A DNA stretch of 13,365 nt from Calditrichaceae bacterium (GTDB taxonomy: Bacteria; Calditrichota; Calditrichia; Calditrichales; JBFXGD01): NCBI GenBank assembly GCA_050178385.1, contig JBFXGD010000094.1:1-13365 (forward strand), read 5' to 3'. Shown piece by piece: positions 7,026 through 13,365 of this stretch; within the stretch, counting starts at the first letter, position 1, and each line of letters opens with the position of its first letter. A model generated the notes under the pieces. That model worked only from the letters and a program-made list of their open reading frames with translations. It had not been told where the DNA came from and did not search any database. Made by a program: the position numbers and the translations under genes.

Positions 7026-8030
7026 TCAATGCTTCTTTATGAATTCTTCTATCATATCCACATCAAATTTCGTACCGATGTACAAGGGTACTCTCTGATG
7101 CAGTTCCTGCGGAACAAGATCTAAAATATCTTTTAAACCATTACTGGCGCGTCCTCCAGCCTGTTCAACTATAAAAGCCATGGGATTCGCTTCATAAATG
7201 AGACGCAGTTTACCGTTTTTTGCGAGACTGCTCGGTGGATATAGGTAAATCCCGCCGTAAAGAAGATTTCTGTGAAAATCACTTACAAGCGAGCCAATAT
7301 ACCTTGAGTTCAGAGGTCGCCCTGTGGGTTTATCTATCTGTTTAACATAGTGAACATAATTCTTTATGGTCTGATCCCAATAATCAAAATTACTCTCATT
7401 TACCGAATATATTTTTGCTTTTTCCGGAATTTTCAAATTAGGATGTGAAAGAACAAATTCACCATAACTCGGATCGAGAGTAAAACCATGGACCCCGAAA
7501 CCGGTCGTATAGACAATCATGGTACTTGAACCATATACAACATATCCCGCGCAAACCTGTTTTCTTCCAACCTGCAAACAATCTTCCAAAGTCCCTGGTT
7601 TACCATCGGGTGTTACGCGTCTGTAAATTGAGAAAATAGTCCCAACGCTTACGTTCGCGTCAATATTTGATGATCCGTCAAGCGGATCAAACAGACAAAC
7701 ATACTTTCCAAGCGGGTATTCTTTGGGAATAGAAATAATGTCTTCAACTTCTTCAGACGCCATTACACAGAGATTTCCACCGTGATCCAGTGCTTTTACC
7801 ATTGTTTCATGCGCAAATATATCCAGTTTCTTAACTTTCTCTCCCTGAACATTTATTTCACCCGTTTCCCCCAGTATATTCAACAATCCTGCTTTGTTTG
7901 TATGGTAAGAAATTAATTTGGCGGCAAAGGCTATATCATTCATCAGATCAGTGAACTCGCCCGTAGCTTCGGGGTATCTCCTTTCTTCCTCAATAATATG
8001 ACGGCTCAACGTCATAATTTTATTGCTCAT
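7026..8030 (-). CDS. fbp: Fructose-1,6-bisphosphatase class 1
   Basis: NVQGEKVKKLD, MASEE, FDPLDGSSNIDANVSVGTIFSI, RYIGSLVSDFHRNLLYGGIYLYP, GKLRLIYEANPMAFIVEQAGG. The second ATG (8030) fits the GGAGG SD spacing better than 8033. Confidence 0.97.
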   Translation of the reverse strand: MSNKIMTLSRHIIEEERRYPEATGEFTDLMNDIAFAAKLISYHTNKAGLLNILGETGEINVQGEKVKKLDIFAHETMVKALDHGGNLCVMASEEVEDIISIPKEYPLGKYVCLFDPLDGSSNIDANVSVGTIFSIYRRVTPDGKPGTLEDCLQVGRKQVCAGYVVYGSSTMIVYTTGFGVHGFTLDPSYGEFVLSHPNLKIPEKAKIYSVNESNFDYWDQTIKNYVHYVKQIDKPTGRPLNSRYIGSLVSDFHRNLLYGGIYLYPPSSLAKNGKLRLIYEANPMAFIVEQAGGRASNGLKDILDLVPQELHQRVPLYIGTKFDVDMIEEFIKKH

Positions 8031-8053
8031 CATTCCTCCGTAGGATTTTGGAT

Positions 8054-8893
8054 CTATTTAGCCAACATTATCGGTTTATCGGCAGCGCGCATTACCTGAA
8101 CAGTGGTGCTGCCCAGAACCGCCTCTCTCAGACGCGAATGTCCATAACTCCCTATTATCAACAATGCGGGATTTGGGGTAGTTTTTGTAGCATTTACCAG
8201 TACTTCCGAAGCATCCCCTGTTTCGTGTCTGAGTTGAAATTCTATATTATAAGGCGTTAAATATTGTTCCGCCTCAGCAAGGGTTACTTTCCGTTCTTCA
8301 TCTGAAGAGAACGCGGCTATAACCTGAACCGGAATTGAAAGAATCTGCGCCATAAACGCCGCGTATTGCAGTCCCTTATTGGCATAAATACTGCCGTCAT
8401 AACCGCAAAGTATCTTTTCAAAAGGAACAAATGATTTTTCTACCAGTATTGTCGGTTTACTTATCTGACGGGTGACAGATTCAATTGTGGCACCAAGTAA
8501 TTTATCGCTCCAACGCTCGTACTCTCCGCGAATCCCCATCACAACCATATCATTTTGTTTTGCCTGATTGCATATTTCTTCCACCGGAATACCGGTTACT
8601 TTTGTCAGTTCGAATTGAACACCTTTTGATTTAAGTAGATTTGCCGCCTTATCGAGAATCTGCTGCGCTTTTTCATCATGCATTTTTTGAGTTTCAGCCT
8701 GAAAACCGGCCGGTGGCATTACAGGAACAAAATTATCCGCGTTTGTTGCCACACTCCAGTCAAACAGTCGTATATCCACCACGCTCAGCACGCGAATTAT
8801 GGCATTAAATTTTTCCGCAATGAACTGTCCGTAACTTATAACGGCCTCAGAATAAGAAGAGCCGTCAATTGGCAATAAAATTGATTTGATCAT
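8054..8893 (-). CDS. Universal stress protein with two tandem USP domains
   Basis: Domain 1 KSILLPIDGSSYS...VVMGIRG...LLGATIESV. Domain 2 KILCGYDGSIYA...IIGSYGHSRLREAVLGSTT. SD AGGAG. Confidence 0.93.
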   Translation of the reverse strand: MIKSILLPIDGSSYSEAVISYGQFIAEKFNAIIRVLSVVDIRLFDWSVATNADNFVPVMPPAGFQAETQKMHDEKAQQILDKAANLLKSKGVQFELTKVTGIPVEEICNQAKQNDMVVMGIRGEYERWSDKLLGATIESVTRQISKPTILVEKSFVPFEKILCGYDGSIYANKGLQYAAFMAQILSIPVQVIAAFSSDEERKVTLAEAEQYLTPYNIEFQLRHETGDASEVLVNATKTTPNPALLIIGSYGHSRLREAVLGSTTVQVMRAADKPIMLAK

Positions 8894-8912
8894 TTTATGC
8901 TCCTAACCTGTT

Positions 8913-9917
8913 TTATCCCCAATCTTCGATCTTTGACGCCCTTGTCATTAAGTCATACATGGCCTCATGAGCAGATTTATTTTCAAATAACGTTAGATAT
9001 ACCTGTTCAGTGATCGGCATTTCGACGTTCCTCTGTCCTGCTATTTCGTAGGCGGATATAGCGGTCTTCACACCTTCAGCAACCATGACCATTCCACTCA
9101 ATATATCATCAAGCTTGCGTCCCTTTCCGAGCTGTTCGCCTACAAACCTGTTCCGTGAGTGGCGGCTCATACATGTTACAATCAGATCTCCCATGCCGCT
9201 CAACCCGGCGAAAGTATCACTCCGGGCACCGAGCTCTAATCCAAGTCTGTTGATTTCTACAAGTCCTCTTGTCATCAGGGCTGCTTTGGTATTATCTCCG
9301 AATCCCGCCCCATCACAGATGCCGGAAGCAAGAGCGATTATATTTTTTAAGGCACCCCCTAATTCAACCCCAATAACGTCAGGATTCGCATAGATTCTAA
9401 AATATGGAGTCATGAAGGCATCCTGTACAATTTTCGCGGACTTGATACTTGCAGATGCGGAGACAATAGCTGTGGGAGTTTGCCTGCTCACTTCCTCGGC
9501 ATGACTCGGTCCCGAAAGAATGACGATCTTGTCCAGGGGAATATTCCCCGCTTCATGTATAACTTCCGATATTCGCATGTATGTTTTATTTTCAATTCCC
9601 TTTGATACTGAAACCCAAATAGGATCTTTTCTATTTAATACTTTTACGACGTCCGGCACTACAAGCCTTGTTACCTGGGAAGGTACAGCATTGACAACCA
9701 TATCCACATCATTGACCGCTTTTTCCATATCCATTGTGAAAGTGATGGATTCCGGTATTGGGATTCCCGGAAGATAGGTCGTATTCTCCCGATTATTTTT
9801 AACTTCATCAATCGTCTTTTCTTCCTTCGTCCAGCAACGTACTTCATGCTGATTACTATGCAATACCAGAGCAAGTGTCGTACCCCAGCTTCCCGCGCCG
9901 ACTACAGCAATTTTCAT
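8913..9917 (-). CDS. gpsA: NAD(P)H-dependent glycerol-3-phosphate dehydrogenase
   Basis: Rossmann motif VVGAGSWGTTLA, SKGIE, LSGPSHAEEV, GVELGGALKN, GLSGMGDLIVTC-SRN, VAEG. SD AGGAG. Confidence 0.97.
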   Translation of the reverse strand: MKIAVVGAGSWGTTLALVLHSNQHEVRCWTKEEKTIDEVKNNRENTTYLPGIPIPESITFTMDMEKAVNDVDMVVNAVPSQVTRLVVPDVVKVLNRKDPIWVSVSKGIENKTYMRISEVIHEAGNIPLDKIVILSGPSHAEEVSRQTPTAIVSASASIKSAKIVQDAFMTPYFRIYANPDVIGVELGGALKNIIALASGICDGAGFGDNTKAALMTRGLVEINRLGLELGARSDTFAGLSGMGDLIVTCMSRHSRNRFVGEQLGKGRKLDDILSGMVMVAEGVKTAISAYEIAGQRNVEMPITEQVYLTLFENKSAHEAMYDLMTRASKIEDWG

Positions 9918-10006
9918 ACCGCTTTCTCCTGCTTACATCAATTTTCCTGCGACTTGATATGGTTATTAACATTCCCTAAATCAGATGATTTTATTCGCAT
10001 CATCCC

Positions 10007-10645
10007 TTAAGCTTTACCTGATCCGCCGAAGCTAAGTTTGTTCTCATTTCCGGCGATAAGTCTTTTAATGTTCGAACGATGGGATACCCAGATCAGCACT
10101 GCAATGATTATGCTTAAATACATTAAAACATCCGGAATATCCTTTAAAAGAAAATATTTCTGTACAAAAACCGCGGCGACAAATATTAAAGCCGCCAGAA
10201 TTGATCCCAGTGAGACATAACGGCTTATCCAGACAACCGCAACAAAGGAGATCAGAGCTATTACCAACGGAATCGGAGCCAGCCCCAAAAAGACACCGGC
10301 TGAAGTACCGACCCCTTTTCCTCCTCTAAATCCTGCGAAAACTGTCCAGATATGACCGGCGATCGCAGCAAACGCGGCAAGTATTTGAAAATAAATAAGA
10401 GATTCCGGATTGTTGTGTATCAATCCCGCAATCCAGAAGACGGGCGCGAATCCTTTGAACATATCGATCAAAAGAACGACTGTCCCGGCTTTCCAGCCCA
10501 GAACACGAAATACATTTGTAGCACCGGCATTACCGCTTCCATGATCCCGTATATCAATATTTTTTAATAGTTTACCTGCTATAACTGCAGTAGGAAATGA
10601 ACCGATTAAATAACTTAAAACCAGAATAAGAAAGGCATCTAACAT
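10007..10645 (-). CDS. plsY: Acyl-phosphate:glycerol-3-phosphate acyltransferase
   Basis: Polytopic membrane protein with the PlsY motifs YLIGSFP, DIRDHGSGNAGATNVFR, GH...FRGGKGVGT and HRSNIKRL. SD GGAG. Confidence 0.96.
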   Translation of the reverse strand: MLDAFLILVLSYLIGSFPTAVIAGKLLKNIDIRDHGSGNAGATNVFRVLGWKAGTVVLLIDMFKGFAPVFWIAGLIHNNPESLIYFQILAAFAAIAGHIWTVFAGFRGGKGVGTSAGVFLGLAPIPLVIALISFVAVVWISRYVSLGSILAALIFVAAVFVQKYFLLKDIPDVLMYLSIIIAVLIWVSHRSNIKRLIAGNENKLSFGGSGKA

Positions 10646-10881
10646 AAATTCTCCATGGGATCATTGCCAATTAAATATTGAAAATCTGAAAGATTCCGAG
10701 ATCATTACTAATTAAACAAATGTTATTAAAACAATCAAGTAAATTACCAACATATTTCTCCCTTGCTTTAGACAGGAAAAAGCACATCCGGCAAATTTAA
10801 TTCGCGCAGTGAATCAAATTTCTAAATACAGTATTTAAGATATTCTAATTTGAAATTAATGATAAAGATATTTAATGATTA

Positions 10882-11877
10882 TTAAACTACTTCACCAATG
10901 ACCCAGGAATTTTCACCGAGAGATTTGAGATGGTTCAGCGCATGATCAACCTCTCCGGGTGGCAAAACGGCAACCAGACCGATACCCAGATTAAACGCGC
11001 GGCGCATATCGTCATCAGGTACATTACCCAGTTCCTGAATCAGTGAAAATATGGGTTGAGTATCCCAGGAATTCCAATTGATTTTCAGATCAAGACCGCT
11101 TTTAAGAAGACGCTTGGTATTACCGATTATTCCACCGCCTGTAATGTGGGAAAAACCTTTCGCGTGGAACGGGATAATGGCCTGAATTACATTAAAATAA
11201 TTTTTATGTACACGAAGCAGTTCATCAGCAAGTGATTTTCCCAGCTTTTCAATATATTGATCCACCGAATATTGTTCCAGAAGAACTTTCCTGGCCAGAG
11301 AATATCCGTTTGTGTGAAGTCCGTTAGACTGGATACCAACCAAAATATCGCCTTTCTGAATTTCACTGCCGGATAAAATCTGCTTTTTTTCAACAATTCC
11401 AACGATCGTCCCACTCATGTCATAGTCGCCGGCCTGATAAAATCCGGGCATCTCAGCCGTTTCTCCCCCGATAAGGGCGATTTTCGCATCTCTGCAGGCT
11501 TTTGTAAAGCCGTTGATCACCTGGGTAAACACCGAAGAATCAAGCGCCGCCGTGGCAAAATAATCCAGAAAAAACAGAGGCTTCGCGCCCATCACAGCAA
11601 TATCGTTAATACAGTGATTGACCAGATCCTGACCGACTGTCGAATGACGGTTTGCCAAAATAGCAATTTTTAATTTAGTTCCAACGCCGTCAGTGCTTGA
11701 CACCAGTACCGGATGCTGATATTCCTGAGGATTCAGTTCAAATAAGCCGCCAAAAGCGCCTACGTTGCTCAGCACATTGGGAGTGAATGTTGAGTGAATG
11801 GATTCTTTCAAACCGGAGATCGATTCTTCCCCTTTTGCGATATCCACACCAGCGTCTTTATATGTTATTTGTTTCAA
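10882..11877 (-). CDS. purM: Phosphoribosylformylglycinamidine cyclo-ligase (AIR synthetase)
   Basis: TYKDAGVDI, GAFGGLF, STDGVGTK, PLFFLDY, GGETAEMPG, SNGLHTNGYSL, HITGGG, FNLGIG. TTG start with AGGAG SD inside the upstream gene. Confidence 0.96.
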   Translation of the reverse strand: MKQITYKDAGVDIAKGEESISGLKESIHSTFTPNVLSNVGAFGGLFELNPQEYQHPVLVSSTDGVGTKLKIAILANRHSTVGQDLVNHCINDIAVMGAKPLFFLDYFATAALDSSVFTQVINGFTKACRDAKIALIGGETAEMPGFYQAGDYDMSGTIVGIVEKKQILSGSEIQKGDILVGIQSNGLHTNGYSLARKVLLEQYSVDQYIEKLGKSLADELLRVHKNYFNVIQAIIPFHAKGFSHITGGGIIGNTKRLLKSGLDLKINWNSWDTQPIFSLIQELGNVPDDDMRRAFNLGIGLVAVLPPGEVDHALNHLKSLGENSWVIGEVV

Positions 11878-12409
11878 ACTGAACTCCTGTTATTTGGTGT
11901 TTATAGATATTTCTTATTTCATTAAAAAATTTGATGGATAATTCCTGCTGGTAATCCGGGTAGGTCCAAAATTGCGGCTGAAACGATTTTTTCTCAAACT
12001 TCAGATGCAGATCACCAAAGATGCCCTGTCCAAGATAGATCCGGTGACTGTAGTCCTTTGTTGTAGCCAGGATCATCTTTGCTTCTGTGACATATCCCGG
12101 ATCAATGTTTATTTTTCGAGTTGATGAATCAGACAATTCGTATTCAAGTTTGTTTGTTAGGATTTTTCTCTCAATCAGTATTTCGGGGGGCGCCAAACAT
12201 TCAAAAGATACGAATGTCTTATTCAGATTATTACCCATTTCTGATTTGTAATAATCTGTAAAACCATCAAACTCAAATATCGAGCTCTGTAAATCGATTT
12301 TACCAAATCGTGTTTGAATATTTTCGATAACTTCCTGGAGGCTGATCGACGGCTGACAGGTTATGGCAGTAAAATACTTGACCGGTAATTGTTCTTTAAT
12401 TTTGCCCAT
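11858..12409 (-). CDS. DUF4416-family protein of unknown function
   Basis: Motifs recognised as DUF4416: TDYYKSEMG, KILTNKLE, RKINIDPGY, LATTKDYSHRIYLGQGI, WTYPDY. Overlaps the purM start by 20 nt. Confidence 0.8.
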   Translation of the reverse strand: MGKIKEQLPVKYFTAITCQPSISLQEVIENIQTRFGKIDLQSSIFEFDGFTDYYKSEMGNNLNKTFVSFECLAPPEILIERKILTNKLEYELSDSSTRKINIDPGYVTEAKMILATTKDYSHRIYLGQGIFGDLHLKFEKKSFQPQFWTYPDYQQELSIKFFNEIRNIYKHQITGVQFETNNI

Positions 12410-12491
12410 TGCGATAATAAACTCTTCTATTGAATCAATTTACTAACGATAAGTTAAGAAATTTTGATGAGTAGTTCAGATTTTTTTCAAT

Positions 12492-12522
12492 AAAAAAAGG
12501 GGAGCCGGTCAGCTCCCCTTTT
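12492..12522 (-). terminator. Rho-independent terminator after the acyl-CoA synthetase gene
   Basis: Minus strand AAAAGGGGAGC-TGACCG-GCTCCCCTTTT stem continuing into a T7 tract, 14 nt after the stop. Confidence 0.88.
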
Positions 12523-12536
12523 CTAAGGTCATGTAT

Positions 12537-13364
12537 TTAAACCGCGTACATCTGATCAATTTCCTTGCGGTATTTTTCCTCGACAACTTTTCTTTTTACT
12601 TTTAGGGAAGGCGTTAATTCTCCGGTATCAATTGAAAACGGCGCCGGAGAAACGAAGAACTTCTTTATGGTTTCATAACTGGCCAGTGTTGATGACAGTT
12701 TATCAATTTCCGACCGAATCAATTCATTTACACCCGGTAAACTGATCAATTCTTCATAGTTTTTATATTTCAGATTCTTTGATTTTGCCCATTTGGCAAG
12801 TGGTTCTTCCGTGCAAACAATGACAGCCGTGCAGAATTTCCTCTTATCGCCAACAACCATTGACTGCTCGATGTATTTACAGGTTATAAGAAGGTTTTCG
12901 ATCATCTGAGGCGCAATATTTTTTCCTCCTGATGTGACGATAATATTCTTTTTCCTGTCAGTTATTTTAAGCATGCCCTCATCGGTTATCAATCCTATAT
13001 CACCCGTATGGAACCATCCGTCCGGCTCTATTGCTTCTTTTGTATCGGCTTCCTTTTTGTAATAACCCACCATCACATGATTCCCGCGGGTCAATATTTC
13101 TCCGTCATCTGCAATTTTCACTTCCACATTCGGAATCACTGGACCGACGGTACCAAATCTGAATTTTTCCAGAGTGTTTACTGAAATCACCGGGGATGTT
13201 TCGGTGAGCCCGTAACCTTCAAGAACATATATGCCGGCCGCGCCGAAAAATTCCGCGATATCAGCCGAGAGCGGAGCTCCGCCGCTTATAAAGAAACGCA
13301 ATCTTCCACCAACCCGCTCACTCAACTTATGAAAAACAAGTTTATACGCGAGATTTCTCTTGAA
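12537..13364 (-). CDS. Long-chain fatty acid--CoA ligase (AMP-dependent synthetase), C-terminal part; 5' end outside the window
   Basis: The frame stays open to the window edge (FKRNLAYKLVFHKLSERVGG...). SGGAPL, EGYGLTETSP, GWFHTGDIG, ITDRKKNIIVTSGGKNIAPQ and GELTPSLKVKR are typical of the FAA1/FadD15-like long-chain subfamily. Confidence 0.92.
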   Translation of the reverse strand, partial: FKRNLAYKLVFHKLSERVGGRLRFFISGGAPLSADIAEFFGAAGIYVLEGYGLTETSPVISVNTLEKFRFGTVGPVIPNVEVKIADDGEILTRGNHVMVGYYKKEADTKEAIEPDGWFHTGDIGLITDEGMLKITDRKKNIIVTSGGKNIAPQMIENLLITCKYIEQSMVVGDKRKFCTAVIVCTEEPLAKWAKSKNLKYKNYEELISLPGVNELIRSEIDKLSSTLASYETIKKFFVSPAPFSIDTGELTPSLKVKRKVVEEKYRKEIDQMYAV

Positions 13365-13365
13365 C

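Noticed and set aside
9918..10006. Short inverted repeats in the plsY-gpsA gap as a structured RNA or terminator
   Set aside because: The stems are only 6-7 bp, AU-rich and lack a U tract.
193..10567. All plus-strand ORFs in the track (e.g. 1802-2158, 3561-3887, 3848-4177, 4851-5201, 9085-9393)
   Set aside because: They lie antisense to well-supported minus-strand genes and show no recognisable motifs, so they are treated as shadow ORFs.
6181..11414. Short alternative-frame minus-strand ORFs 6181-6429, 9671-9874 and 11187-11414
   Set aside because: Each is nested out of frame inside an intact gene (asnS, gpsA, purM), with no motif or frameshift signal.
1..13365. CRISPR arrays, tandem repeats, IS elements and pseudogenes
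   Set aside because: I saw no regularly spaced repeats, transposase motifs or interrupted reading frames. The two incomplete genes are cut by the window edges.

Overview
An AT-rich bacterial chromosomal segment made mostly of housekeeping genes, with every supported gene on the minus strand. In transcription order (high to low coordinates): long-chain acyl-CoA synthetase (5'-truncated) | terminator | DUF4416 protein - purM | plsY - gpsA - tandem universal stress protein - class 1 fbp | terminator | asnS - LOG/TIGR00725-family protein - acylphosphatase - apt | exported TPR/CsgG-like/FlgT-C-like protein - FadL/PorV-type outer-membrane beta-barrel | terminator | tRNA-Arg(CCT) - membrane-anchored TPR protein - argD (3'-truncated, missing from the supplied ORF track). 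The beta-barrel implies a diderm host. Clear AGGAG/GGAGG Shine-Dalgarno sites and the gene content would fit a Calditrichota-like organism, but that is inference only. I found no integrase, transposase, CRISPR array or long repeat. The best candidate for an undescribed system is the self-contained two-gene envelope module at 1829-4126. Secondary candidates are the coupled LOG-acylphosphatase-apt cluster, the DUF4416-purM pair and a possible 13-aa hydrophobic small ORF upstream of plsY. All family assignments come from motif recognition by eye, not from database searches.
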